A stretch of 64,000 nucleotides of DNA from NCBI RefSeq assembly GCF_006345805.1, contig NC_043013.1:30442001-30506000 (forward strand), written 5' to 3'. The position numbers were made by a program, and so were the translations under genes. The notes below the pieces were generated by a model that was given only the letters and a program-made list of their open reading frames with translations, was not told where the DNA came from and made no database searches. Position 1 is the first letter of the stretch, and the number at the start of each line of letters is the position of its first letter. Positions 1 to 13,105 of this stretch are shown piece by piece. This stretch comes from Octopus sinensis (Eukaryota).

Positions 1-171
1 GCCGTGACGTTCTGAGTTCAAATTCTGTCGAGATCGACTTCGCCTTTCATCCTTTTGGGGTCGATAAATTAACTACCAGTTACGCACTGGGGTCGATATA
101 ATCGACTCAATCTGTTTGTCTGTCCTTGGTTGTCCTCTCTATGTTTAGCCCCTTGTGGGAAGTAAAGAAAT
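1..171 (+). mobile_element. tRNA-derived SINE family A (Meta-domain-like), cut by window start
   Basis: B-box-like GAGTTCAAATT, then GCCTTTCATCC..GGGGTCGATAAATTAA.TACCAG and tail TAGCCCCTTGTGGG..GTAAAGAAATA; aligns with 8590-8820. Confidence 0.9.
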
Positions 172-194
172 AGGTATTTCGTCTATATATATAT

Positions 195-797
195 TGTTAC
201 GTTTTTGGTAGAATCTTTTCGGGATGGTTTTGAATTGCTTGTTTTGATCAAAGAAACGTTGGCGGTTTTCATAATGACTGATTCTTTGTGCTTTTGCAAG
301 AATATGTTGCTTTAGCTGTTCTTTAACCTCAGTTATAACTTGCTCTGTAATTTTGTATTTATGTTGTATTTTGCTTCTCTTCTTGCTTAGTATTGTTGAT
401 TGTCAGCTACTTTCATTCAGGATTGACGTATCCTTTCTCTTATTTTCTATGTTTTTTCTGGATAATATTTATCCACAGTGATTGTTTGGGTAGTGATGCT
501 CTTGCTTGGATAGGTTTTAGGGGGTATTCAGCTACTTTTGTGTCACAGAGGCTGCTGTATGTATTATATCATTTAGCCTGGTCATATTGACATTTATTTC
601 TGTGGCTACTAGTTCAGTGACGGCTAGGTTCATGCCATCTATTATTGATGTTCTTTGATTATTTATTTTAATTTTGGGGAGGTACAATCTGTGGTCCATA
701 TTGAGATCTGTGGCTTTCAATTCTTTGATTATGTTCATTATTAGAGCAACATACTCATTAGCTTCACCTTCACTGTTTCTATGTTTTAGATTTGTTT
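195..797 (-). mobile_element. R4/Dong-type non-LTR retrotransposon fragment, pre-RT region, frameshifted
   Basis: Translates RLYLPKIK...LNDIIHTAASVTQK and, in another frame, EVKEQLKQHILAKAQRISHYENRQRFFDQNKQFKTIPKRFY, typical of the region before RT in this clade. Confidence 0.75.
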
Positions 798-1332
798 TGT
801 CGTCGTCGTCGTCATCGTCATCATCATCGTCGTCATCATCATCATCATCCTCACCACCACCACCACCACCACCATCACCACCACCACCACCACTATCACC
901 ACCACCACCATCATCACCTCCACCATCATCACCATCACCATCATCATCATCACCATCATCACCATCACCATCATCACCATCATCATCAACACCATCATCA
1001 TCATGCCCATCATCATCATCACCATCATCATCATCACCATCATTATCATGACCATCATCATCATCATCCTCATCATCATTTTCATCATCATTTTCTTCAT
1101 CATCATTATCTCTTTCACCTTCTTTTTCATCTTCATCATCATCATCATCATCATCTTCATCGTCATCTTCTTCATCTTCTTGGTCATCTTCTTCATATTC
1201 ATTATCTTCTTCATCTTCTTTTTCATCCCGTTCATCTTCATCTTCTTCATCGTCATCTTTTTCTTCTTCTTCTTCTTCACCTTTTTCTTCTTCATCTTTT
1301 TCTTCTTCTTTTTCTTCTTCTTCTTCGTCTTC

Positions 1333-1367
<35 letters not shown>

Positions 1368-1383
1368 TATTATTATTATTATT
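798..1383. repeat. Compound trinucleotide microsatellite (TCG/TCA/CCA/TTC/TTA)
   Basis: Direct inspection; source of the poly-D/E, poly-H and poly-M ORFs. Confidence 0.97.
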
Positions 1384-2905
1384 GAGTGAGATAGTAGTGC
1401 ATGAGTCGCTTGCAGGGGCCAAAATCGAAGCCGGCAAGTCGGTCGGATTGCGACTGGGCATCAAGAGAGTCAGATGGATGCTGTCGGATAGCGTCGTCGG
1501 ACGCTGGACTGAGGGACCAGTTAAAATACTCGGGGTCTTGTTCGTTTCCGACCACTAGGTGGATACGAATTGGGTTGAGACGACGAACAGAGTGGTGTGA
1601 GTACGCAGACATGAGCAGTGAGGAAGTTGTCTCTGAATAGTCGGCCAGAGGCGGCGAATGCCTACATCGCATCTCTCATTATTTATTGCCTGACAGTCGT
1701 GCTTTGCCCTAGTTACTCCTTGATTAAATTGGAGTGTATATCGTTTATTCTTTAGTGTAAGGGAAGCGTTCCAATGGTCAGGCGGTCAGTCAGCTTCCAA
1801 CTCCCCCTACATGGTGGCTTAGGTATGCCACGGCTTTTGACGCGCAAATACGCACTCAGGTTGCCCCACCTGCAATCATTTCTAGAAGGTGAACGCGTGT
1901 GGGCTCGCTTTGCGAGACACGCCCTTCCGCAGTTCATCTACTTGACAGAGCTGCATTCCTAGGTAAACGATAGGCCTAGATTGTACGCCTGCGACTTAGA
2001 ATGTCATGAAGCGCTCACTTTCCGCTACAAATCGGGCAATAGGAGCGATAGATTAATATCGATCCTATTAATATCGGTGGATTAGTATCAGGGAAATGCA
2101 ACGACGTCTTCGGGGAGACCGTAAGCGTCTAAGAAGACGAACTGACAAGTCTATTCTATTCCGGTCGGAGACGGTTATGGATAATTTCAATGTGTCTTTG
2201 GCCTGCCAGAGCTACCGGTTCTAAAGGCACGGATGTGCTGTCAGATGGGCTTGCCGGAGGTGCTCGCAGAGCAAGGAAACTGTTTTGCATGCACTCGTTC
2301 AGTGCTCGGGTGTAGTTATGTCGAACAACTGCTGTCACGTGTGGGACGAATCCATCTCTCAGCTGAGTCCATAATGATGATTGCCCCGCCGCCCTCCTTT
2401 AAACGGTCAGGTAAGGCAGTTTTGCTTTTTCAGGTGGCTGTGGTGAAAGAGGTTATCATCTGGACGAGGCTTAAAGGAGTGAGGACAGAAATATTCCTGG
2501 TTGGTAAAGCTCTCGTTGACTTTTTCAAGTTCTACACGAAAAGGAAAGCGAGGTTGTAGAGGGAGGTTCTATCCTCGAATGAATTTATGAAAAGGTGTGT
2601 GAAAGTTGCGAAAATGGCAAGAGTGGATGGTGCCACTCTCAGTGTAGACCTGTGAGTCGAAACAAAGGAGTTGGAAAGGGTACTTGGTAGTTAAACTGAT
2701 CTTGGGTTGTGGGTTCCTTGATTATCTCCAGAGGTCATCCTGATAAACGAGGACTCCATCACTTTCAGTTTCCCCCTCTTCTTCTAGTGTGTACCGAGTA
2801 TACTGATTATTGTTTATCATTCCGTCATATGTAAACCCCAACACTTGATATATGTTTTTGTATTGCGCCCCCTTCATCCTCCGTCCAGGTGGAAAATATA
2901 AGAAA
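1384..2905 (+). mobile_element. 5'-truncated L1/Tx1-clade LINE (post-RT region, zinc-binding region, 3' UTR)
   Basis: AGAKIEAGKSVGLRLG, KILGVLF, RKLSLNSR..ANAYIAS, GGLGMP, CSQSKETVLHALVQC; stops and frameshifts; 3' UTR ends in (TTA)n. Confidence 0.88.
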
Positions 2906-2930
2906 TCATTATTATTATTATTATTATTAT

Positions 2931-2971
<41 letters not shown>

Positions 2972-2972
2972 A

Positions 2973-3016
<44 letters not shown>

Positions 3017-3030
3017 TCATTATCATTATC
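2906..3030. repeat. (TTA)n(GTA)n compound microsatellite
   Basis: Direct inspection. Confidence 0.95.
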
Positions 3031-3939
3031 TGTGTTGCTGTCGTTGTTGTTGCTGCAGTGGTTATTGCTTTTCTCTATTCTTGTTTTTGGTGCTGTTGTT
3101 GCTGTGATTGAATTTCTTTATTCTGAACATACATAAGGAGATAATACATAAGGATATACATAAGGATTACGCAAGAAATAAAAAATGTTTCTGCCGTTCC
3201 CTTTTTGCCAATAATATACTTCGGATAATCTATCTTATCTTCCTCTCTCTTACCCATTAGTGTTACATCTTTCGTTGTTTTGTCTGTTTTGTGGATATAT
3301 ACGTGTAAACATCCATTTCTTTTGTTTATATGCATCTCAATATGGCATGCTCTGTTTTAGTTTCAGAGTGCATAGCTACCAAAATGACAGTTGCTGGATA
3401 TATACTCTTCGTATTTATGAAAGCACAGAAACAAATGGAAAGGAAAATACGCAGAATAAAAAATATAGCAATGCCGAAGCAGATGAATTATAAACAAAAC
3501 CAGCACAATTTGACAAGAACAACTTAAAAGCTTGTTCTGAATATTCAAATATAAGTGGTAGAAAAACGACAACTAAAACATTAGGAGCATCAGCTGATCC
3601 TTTTCTAGGGATGGAAAAATGCACAAGTAATATATTACAAAATAATACTCTTCCTAACAAAAAAGGCGTTCAGGAAAATTTGAGAGTTCAGTTTCTCGTA
3701 GATCAGAGGAACAGAAAATAAAAATGACGCTCATCATTGAGTTTAGGTAAATAGCTGGTGCACCCAGTGGAAATCAGCCACAAACTATGCATGGGTAAAG
3801 GAGAGAATGGACGCCTGAGTTCCGATGTACCACGAATCCAATACTCTACCGGATATTTTCTCCAGTATGATGACGATGTAGTTAATAATATGATCGTGGG
3901 AAGGGAAACAAAACAGTTACTTCAAGTATGTAATGAACA

Positions 3940-4480
3940 ATAATTTCAAGGCTTTTATAGTCAGACGTGTACATGAAATGAAAAGAAAGATATGGGAGGT
4001 CGGTAGACAGTGGTGGCAGGAATAACAATATTTCGCTTGAATATGTGCCTACCACAGCTTCCCCTGGATTAGCAGCAGAAACCTCTGTAAAGATAGAGAA
4101 GAATGAATTAAAGATATGTAAAATTTCTTCAGCATGGGAGGCCGAACAGAAAAAGGCACCGAGTAATGAGATGGTTTCTGACTGAAGCATTCGGCAGCCC
4201 AGAGGCTCAGGTCAGCAGTAAAACTGTGAAGATGCGTATATAACAGATTGAGAAGCAGGAAACCTGGCTATAAGAGTTTGCTCCACGTAAAAAGCCACTG
4301 TTCGCCTATAGAAGTGGCCTACGCAATTGTTCGAATTGGAAAGGAAACCCACTGATGTATTGAAAGAGAACAAGAAAAACGTCATACTGATAGGGACGAA
4401 GGAGGAGCTCAATAACGATAGCAATAACTGATAGCAATTGGGTGAAATATATTCGAAAAGTCTATCAACAGCCAAGAATT
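3940..4480 (+). mobile_element. Possible highly decayed BEL/Pao LTR retrotransposon RNase H region
   Basis: NFKAFIVRRVHEM and EYVPTTASP.LAA resemble FKxFVANRVxEI...YVPTxxNPADLASRG; otherwise unalignable. Confidence 0.4.
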
Positions 4481-4791
4481 TACAAACACATTCGAGGTCC
4501 GTCCAAAATTGTTATACAACCAGGCAAATTCGAAGAACACAATCTTCTGAAGGTAAAATCAGATTGCAAGTTGATTTGAGAAATTAAATAAGCTGATTGT
4601 AGTACAATTTTGTGACACCATTATGTATAGGTGTACCAGGACCCACCTTGTGTAGTTGCATTCGTATGCCACATTTTGGAAAATAAACAGGAATCGTCAT
4701 TCTCCAAAAGAAAACTTATAGTTGTTGTGGTTGTGGCCGTTGTCGTCGTGGTTGTCGTCATCATCCTTATCCTCCTCTTCATCATCATCAT

Positions 4792-4917
4792 TATTATTTT
4801 CTCTTTATCGCAGGTTTTTTGGAGATCCTGATGTCTTGGAGCGTAGCGGGCTTCCTACATGCAGCCTACGGTACCATGCTACTCGTTACTTTCAGCTATC
4901 TTATACTTCCTGATTTT
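4792..4917 (-). mobile_element. Probable 3' end and UTR of an R4/Dong-type element
   Basis: Minus strand KIRK.. (cf. ILRKVL) followed by a short UTR running into AATAATAATGATG; lies between trinucleotide arrays. Confidence 0.4.
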
Positions 4918-5195
4918 CTTCTTCTTCTTCTTCTTGTTCTTCTTCTGCTTCTTCTTCTTCTTTTTCTTCTTCTTCTTCTTCTTCTTCTTCTTCTTCTTCT
5001 TCTTCTTCTTCTTCTTCTTCTTCTTCTTCTTCTTTTCTTCTTCTTCTCCTTCTTCTCCTTCTTCTTCTTCTCCTCTTCTTCTTCTTTTCTTCTTCTTCTT
5101 CTTCTTTTCTTCTTCTTCTTCCTTCTTCTTCTTCTTCTTCTTCTTCTTCTTCTCTTCTTCTTCTTCTTCTTCTTTTCTTCTTCTTCTTCTTCTTC

Positions 5196-5226
<31 letters not shown>
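4918..5226. repeat. (CTT)n then (TTA)n microsatellite
   Basis: Direct inspection. Confidence 0.97.
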
Positions 5227-5329
5227 GATTGTCATTTCATCAATTACATACATAATTATTTATGAAGGATATTGAATTAAATAATTGGGGAAAACTGTTT
5301 TCTAAAATCTTATCCATGTTTAATAGGAT

Positions 5330-5720
5330 TCTAGGATTCTTTCACAATGTAGGAATAGTTTTTTTTTCTTTTTGCACGCCGAAAATGTGAGTTTTAATTC
5401 CAGTATCATTCAAATTCTTAGGTTGCAGTTTGGATTTGGTGCGGAGTGCACTATTTATAACAGGAATAATTGCCCTCATAGAGTTCCACAACATTTTTAT
5501 CTCTTTAGCTAGGTGTTAATATTTCCATCTTTCTCAATTCAATATACAGATAACGAATTTTTAAAAGAATTATGTTGGCTTGTCTTCCTCGATTTCAGCA
5601 CGACGTGTATTCATAGTGAATGTATATTGTATGTGGTGATTGACGATTTAAAGTCTATTCTCAGCATATTGGCATACAAATTATTTTTCTTTTGCCCTGT
5701 TTATAATTGTTTATAATTTT
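5330..5720 (-). mobile_element. Old R4/Dong-type RLE C-terminal fragment
   Basis: KY*HLAKEIKMLWNSMRAIIPVINSALRT matches KYxxLxxEIxxLW...IPVIxGALGT of the other copies. Confidence 0.7.
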
Positions 5721-5966
5721 CACCTTTAACGGTATTTTAATATGCTGGCCATTTTGATCGAATGATCTGCTCCGTCATCACACGGTTTTGCAAGATTTAT
5801 TTTGCTACAGGTACTTTTTGCCTTCTATAGTCATCGTCATCTTGCAGAGATTTTACCATTAATAGATGGATTTTTGTGTCTGATACGTGAATATATTCTG
5901 CGCAGACCTGTAGCACGATAAACGCTGTAGTTGAAATGGAAGATCCTATTTTCTATGTTATGGTTA

Positions 5967-6142
5967 ACAGTCGTGCTTTGCCCTAGCTACTCCCTGATTA
6001 AATTGGAGCGTATCTTGTTTATTGTTTAGTGTAAGGGAAGTGTTCCAATAGTCAGGCAGTCAGTCAGCTTCCACCCCCCACCCCCACGTGGTGGCTTAGG
6101 TATGCCATAGCTTTTGATGCGCAAATACGCACTTAGGTTGCC
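5967..6142 (+). mobile_element. L1/Tx1 fragment, duplicate of 1693-1865
   Basis: Direct nucleotide similarity over about 175 bp, including GGLGMP. Confidence 0.9.
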
Positions 6143-7929
6143 ATTTACTCTCTAAAGATAAGCATATTCCTGATCAGTGAGTAAAATTATTTTGTGGTAG
6201 TCGTACAATTCTAAAATTTCTGAAACTTATTGGAATTCTTATTGGAATTTTAGAATGTGCTTCGACAACTCTCTATGTTGTCTTTACCTTTGACGAATTT
6301 CTCTCAGAATGTCATAAATATTTCCATATCGAAAACATATATTGTAGTACCGGCAGTCGAACTAAGATCAATCTCACTATCGTTTTGCATATGTTATTGA
6401 ATATTTATTTATCTTATATCAGAAAATCATTTGAAGCTGATAGGGCGATGCTTACGAAAGATGAGAAACATAGAAAAGTGGGAGTAATACGTTATCTTGG
6501 TTGTTTCAAAAGTCCTGTTATTCTGAAGCTTCCACAGGCTACCTTCGTGACTTAATATACGACAATTGGACTATAATTTTAGAGATATATATCAGTGCCG
6601 TCCATATCGATGTTACTGAATTTTGGAAAGAAGGAATGACTTTTCAGTGAAACAGGTTGCGGCCGTCTTTCCTCTGCTTCACTTCACCTAAACAACAAGT
6701 GATAATTGTATCGACTTGGAGATCCATCGTAGTAAGTTATCCCACAGGAAGAAATTATCTCCCGACCAAAACCTGGAAGGATGCTTCGTGTGCATATATG
6801 CATGCAAACAAAGAAATATAACTTTCACAAGAGTCCAACGAAATATCTCCGTAGAAACAAAATTATCATTATAATTAAATAAAAAAATAACTTTTATCAG
6901 ATGAAGCAAAAGGGAAAACTATACTTATGATACCTGGTCATGGAATAACACATAATCTACTGCTTTTGGGATATATTAATGGCTTAGGAAACATAAAAAG
7001 CATGCAAAATAATATTGTTTTAATATTTATTAAACTTTTAATGCGTTAGAGATAAACTTTATGGCCACCACACATCCCTATTTTCTTCTAAATGTCAGTT
7101 TAATGTATTGGGCATTCATTTAAAGTGAGGTGAACTAAAAATATCGGACCATTAACTACGTTGATAAAAATACAGAACTATGCATATGTTATAATTTTGA
7201 GCCATTTACTTTCACAAGATATACTTTATCATCATTAAACAAAAATACATATTTCATCAAAATAGCCAAAACCTATCTTTCACATTAGAATATCTTTTTT
7301 AACCCTCAACTAAGAGACAAAATGTACAAATACTTTCTTTTCCGAGTATATTGGAGATAATCTATCTGTCTGGAAATAATTATCAAATGTACCTTCAGAC
7401 AAGTTTTCACACATGGATATTTCTAAATTGTATAAATTTGTATTAAATTTTTTTTGCTAGACACAAAGAAAATTAAATATTGACAACTCACATGTCTTTT
7501 AAGCAAGATGTCTGTCAAAATTATAAAACTCATGGAATATGATCTAAAACAGGCCGTTCATTTATATTTTCTAATGAACTCGTTTAAAACATCTCATTTA
7601 TTCTGTAATGAGAAATATTTTAGGTGAAATTACTTCTAAAAACTTTATTCCGAAAAAGGAAGCCAGACCATTTTACTAGAGTATAGTGCATTGCTGGTTA
7701 TGAACAATTTGTTGTAAATGAACACAAATATATAAATGTGAAAAATGCTTTCCATTATGATTGTTTCTAAGCTGCCGTATTATTTAACGGAAGAAAAAGA
7801 AAAAATCGTAACGTGTTTGTTTCATTCATTGAAGACATATTTATTGAAAAGGCACTGATGATAGAGTGGATCGTGTAGCGAAGAATCCGAAGAAAACTTA
7901 CGAGTTTTCTACAGGCATCGTCGAGACAA

Positions 7930-8100
7930 TATACATGCAGTTAATCCCTACTCGCATTAAAACTTCATTAGATTCTCAATCCGCGTCTAACACAGAATGA
8001 AATTTCATATGCAGAAGTCGATTTCTAACGCACTATCAACTATTTCAAGGAAGTGCTTGGAGAACAGCTCGAGCCAATATACAACTATTTGATTGGGAAT
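7930..8100 (+). mobile_element. Possible decayed Mutator-like (MULE) transposase fragment
   Basis: EVDF*RTINYFKEV and LEPIYNYFD resemble DFExAxINAFKEVF and LxPxxDYF motifs. Confidence 0.3.
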
Positions 8101-8589
8101 GTGTAAGTGTTACTTTCTTTGCATTTAGTGAGCATTTTTAATGAATATTTATAAAAATGAATTTTTGGTATTACAATGAAGGACAGGTGAATATAAATTT
8201 CGTTATATGGTTTTACAAACGTTTACCTGTAAACAATAGCATAGAAAGTACATAGCCTACTAAATGTTTGCCCAGTAATTATCTTCTCATTAAAAGAATG
8301 ATAATTTACATAATCATTAGGGATATTCTGGTTAGTTTTGATCGCTTAGTCATGTTTCAGGTGGGGCACACCACATCCATAATGAATGTCACAGTAACTG
8401 ACCCATCGACAATGTATCTACGTTACGCATGATAAGTAGATGTTTATTACAATTTAATACTGCTTAAGTTACGTATGCCGGACATACACGCACGGACACT
8501 CACACAACACACACACAACACACACACGAAAAAGCACACTCACACATACATTACTATATGCACATACATATAGTAGTGTGTACATACAA

Positions 8590-8820
8590 GGCGGCGAGCT
8601 GGCAGAAACGTTAGCGCACCGGGCGAAATGCTTAGCGGTATTTCGTCTGTCGTTACGTTGTGAGTTCAAATTCCGCCGAGGTCGACTTTGCCTTTCATCC
8701 TTTCGGGGTCGATAAATTAAGTACCAGTTACCCACTGGGGTCGATGTAATCGACTTAATCCGTTTGTCTGTCCTTGTTTGTCCCCTCTATGTTTAGCCCC
8801 TTGTGGGTAGTAAAGAAATA
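8590..8820 (+). mobile_element. SINE family A, full length
   Basis: GGCGGCGAGCTGGCAGAA head (A box), GAGTTCAAATTCC (B box), same body and tail as 1-171. Confidence 0.93.
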
Positions 8821-9204
8821 TATATATATGCACATACACACTACTATACATGCATGTATTCAAACGCACATATATTCACAGACATACGTATACAAGCACA
8901 CGCAGGTATATAATCTACGGAAACAGAATAGTTAAGCGATCTCTGTATCCTATTTAATGCGGATGTATTATAAGAACCTCGTAATAATGCAGTATTCGTT
9001 CCGAAGAAGACTCTTGATTATACGTTTCGTGCATAGAAACCCTTAGCTTCTGGGAGTAGATGACATATGTCCAGCACCGGAAGTGAAATTAATATGCTGG
9101 TCCAGTTTCCCGTCTACTGATATTTATATATATACTTTGATACTTTGAAACTTTAATAGGTTTCGGCCATTATTGGCCCAGGCCATGTCTAACTTAATAG
9201 CACC

Positions 9205-9252
<48 letters not shown>

Positions 9253-9261
9253 TATATATAT

Positions 9262-9293
9262 ATAATACTAATAATAAGACTTTTAATAATAAT

Positions 9294-9329
<36 letters not shown>

Positions 9330-9349
9330 TATTATTATTATCATTATTA

Positions 9350-9423
<74 letters not shown>
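9262..9423. repeat. (TAA)n switching to (TTA)n, preceded by (TA)n
   Basis: Direct inspection. Confidence 0.95.
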
Positions 9424-9425
9424 TG

Positions 9426-9706
9426 AGGTAATATAAATCCAAACTTACAGGGGAAAAATTCAATTTAGAAATACTAAATCAAATTTCACACAGTATAATA
9501 TATATATAAAAAATTAGAAAACAACCCACCTTTTATCAATTCAAAATGAATAATTATATTACACCAATTAGAAAATTACATATAATAGAAATATAAAAAT
9601 TATTATTATTTTAATTTTAATATTTCTATTATATTTTCTAGATGGTGTAATTTAATTGTTCATTTTGAATTGATAAAAGGTGTTTTTTTTTCTAATTTTA
9701 TATATA
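9426..9706. repeat. AT-rich foldback repeat; arms about 9498-9600 and 9610-9706
   Basis: CACCTTTTATCAATTCAAAATGAA vs TTCATTTTGAATTGATAAAAGGTG; left end similar to 15236. Confidence 0.85.
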
Positions 9707-10314
9707 CATATACATGATTATTCAGACACCGGCTTAGTTATTAACTGGTTGGCAGGGAAAGGATAAGATGTTACATGTTTTAATCATTGGATTACCGGTA
9801 AGCTGGGGGTATAAATCTTTAGTGCTTTAGTCAATGATATCTACAAACTCAACACTCCTTTGCATCAATCTGCTTCTCATAACATTAAGTAGTGATATAT
9901 CTTTAATTAAAAAAAAAAATATTGTTAATTTTCTTTCTTGAAAAATATTTGTTAAGCCTATTTCCTCCCGTGAAGGTTATACCTGCAACCAATACATTGC
10001 AGTAGTTATCGTGAAAAATAAAATGTCTTACTAAGAGGTGATGTTACGATGGTGACGGAAATCAATAGCGTAAACTTATAGGTAAGGATATATGGAGCTA
10101 ATTTTATCAAATGCCTGCAATAATCTATTGAATGTTTTTTTAATTATTATTTATACTCCATATTAAACCATTTTAGCGTATGTATATGCGTAATGGGTTC
10201 TCATTCGTATAATTAGTTATCTAATATAGTCAGCAAAATTCACTTCGGCATTTCTAGATAATTAAGTGTACTGTGATATATATATATACGTATACACATA
10301 CACACACACACACA

Positions 10315-10368
<54 letters not shown>

Positions 10369-12271
10369 TATATATATTATATATATATATATAATATATA
10401 TATATATACATATACACATACACATAGGTAAATAATTTGATATAGATGTAGATGCATAGATTTAATCCATATGCAATTTAACCTTAATATAATAACGACC
10501 CGATATAATGAGTATTTCCTAAGGTAAATAATCCACTTATCATATATCGAATAATCAATGAAAGAAACTTGGAGCTTCCATTATAACCTTCAGAATTCCC
10601 AGTATTATTAAGGAGCCGTAATTTTAAAGTCTCACTTCCATCAATAGAAGGGAACAGTGGATAAATAATTACAAAATGGACCTCATGCTCATGCACACGT
10701 ATATCCATATGCGCGCGCATACAGACACATATATGTGAATATATATATAATATATATAAATATATATATATTATATATACGAAATATAATTATACACTTA
10801 CAACGAATTTGTTTCAATACTTACTAGCGTCTGCACGTTCCCTCCTTTGCCCTCACATTGTGCATATGCACCATATTAATAAAACGCGCTGTTGTAACTA
10901 AATTTAAACAGACATTATTGCTCATGCTTAACTTCTCCTCTTTTAATTCGTCCTCATATTTTATCTGAAATAATACGGTGAATACACTTACAAAACATAC
11001 CGTTGCTACATTCCTTGGATGTTATTGTTTTAGTTTTTGATGGAAGAGATTTTTCTCGTCTATCACCCTCTTGTTGGATTTAACTATTAATGAATAAGAT
11101 AAATTATATCATCCCTGTTGAAGGAGACTGTACAGAGACTATACGTGAAAGTCAATGCAGTAGTGCGAAAAGAACCTGTAAAGGGATTTCTTTCGACGTT
11201 AAATGAATTTTTTTTCTCCCGAATATCTCTCCATTCCAGCATTATATTAGAAAAACAGAAATATATAAATCCATTGTTAACAGAAGCTCTTAAAAGGAGA
11301 AAAATAAATGCTTTTATCTTAATCGCATTGCTTTAGCTTTTCTTACATCCTATTTCTCGTTTAAAAATAAGGCCCCATCATACAAAAGTAAAGGATTTCA
11401 AGCAAATGAAAATCAGTGTAACGTATTTTATTCTCCTGAGCAGGATGCAATATATTTTGACTCATGTGAATCTGTAGAGATATTACAAAAATTTCCAACA
11501 TTGAAAATATCTTTGTCTTAACTTTCTTTTGTAACTACACAAACTGAAAAAAATCCTGTTTTGGTTGTTGCTATAAATCTGACGAAGCTAATTCTGCCTA
11601 ATCGCCACCCAGGATATTAGAATATATATGTTTTATACACGTATAAAATTGAAGACTTGGTAAATTAGCCGATATTATCATATTTCCAAAGAAAAGGTTT
11701 TTCAATATATGTACGTAAATGGTGAATAATTTCTGATGAGCATTCCAGATACGATATTTCTTATAAAACTGGTTGTTATGGCGCCTGCATGGCAAAGATT
11801 TATGCTACGAACTTTTAACAGTGGAGCTTTGTTTGCAATTTAGAATTTATTGCAATAATGTGCCTTGATGCGATAACTCTAATTTCTTAAAACAGAATAT
11901 TGCACGGCACTTAATTTTATTCATTATACAAACTGCTTGGTTAGTATACAGCTACATATGCTATTTATCACAGAACTGCTGAGAAATATTGTTTGTGTTT
12001 ATTGACATTATACCGGAATTGAAAATATTTGACCATATATTTAAAAAAATTTACTATTTTGATAAAGGTTGGACGTTCTGTAGAAATGCAAGTAAGTATT
12101 ATTTACTTTACGTCTTGTTTAATTGATTTGCAATGCCTAATGGTCGAAGATAATTTATAAAACTCTGTCCATTTACAAGTTAGCAATATCTTCGTTAAAA
12201 TCACATTAAATCTAATATTATTAAGGCTGTTAAATATTCCTCAATTATAAGCATTATTATCAAAATGCGAA

Positions 12272-12455
12272 AGATGGCGAGCTGGAAGAATCGTTACAAC
12301 ACCGGACAAAATGCTGACATGCATTTCGTCCGTCTTTACGTTCTCTGTTCAAATTCTACTGAGGTTCACTTTGCTTCTCATCTTTTTGGGGTCGATGTAA
12401 TCGGATCTCCTTCTCCCACAAATTTCAAATCCTGTGCCTATTGTAGAAAAGATTA
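12272..12455 (+). mobile_element. SINE family A, diverged copy
   Basis: GGCGAGCTGGAAGAATCGTT, GTTCAAATTC, GGGGTCGATGTAATCG. Confidence 0.8.
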
Positions 12456-13059
12456 TCAGAAAATCAAACAGTTAAATTCTAATGTGAACATACCTCGTTA
12501 TTAATATTTATAAAGTCCACAAAGGAAAACGTAGATATAATTTAGGCAGTCTATCTAAAATCTTAAAATAAAGTTAAAACTAGCATGGTGGATGTATTGA
12601 AGAGAATAAATTGTATTTAATTAAAATTACATGTTTTGTGATAAAACTATCGTTATCTACATAATGAATTCAGGATACAGAAATTTAAACCACAACTCCG
12701 TAAGTATTAATTTATTAAATATAGAATGCAGCGTTGTGATGATTTAATTTTCAATAATACTGCAACAAATGTCGACAAGTTTGAAACAAATTAGATTTCA
12801 TGAAGAAAGATTTTTTCTAATCGTAGCCACAATAGCGTGGGCTAACATACTAATCGTAAATAAATATTGAATGACGTAACAACACGAAGGAAGTTGGGGA
12901 AATTACATCGAGAGACGTCTACTGAATCAAATCGTAATAGTGGTGTGGGTGAGGACATAATGAAGGCAGAGAACTAAGACATTAAAACTCATTAATAATA
13001 TACCCGTCGTGAGAAGAGTAATCATTATTTAAATGCTAATTCTTCTAGGAGAGAGAGAA

Positions 13060-13105
<46 letters not shown>

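Noticed and set aside
532-1464. 310-aa acidic poly-D/E/G ORF and overlapping poly-H, poly-M and poly-S ORFs
   Set aside because: Trinucleotide microsatellite bridging a Tx1 antisense piece and a Dong fragment; open in most frames by composition
4819-5275. Poly-L/F/K ORFs, and all YI-, CV- and YLSI-repeat ORFs elsewhere
   Set aside because: Translations of simple repeats
9155-9190. Minus-strand GGCCA-ataa-TGGCC-GAAAC
   Set aside because: Stem II and GAAA are present but there is no CUGANGA core
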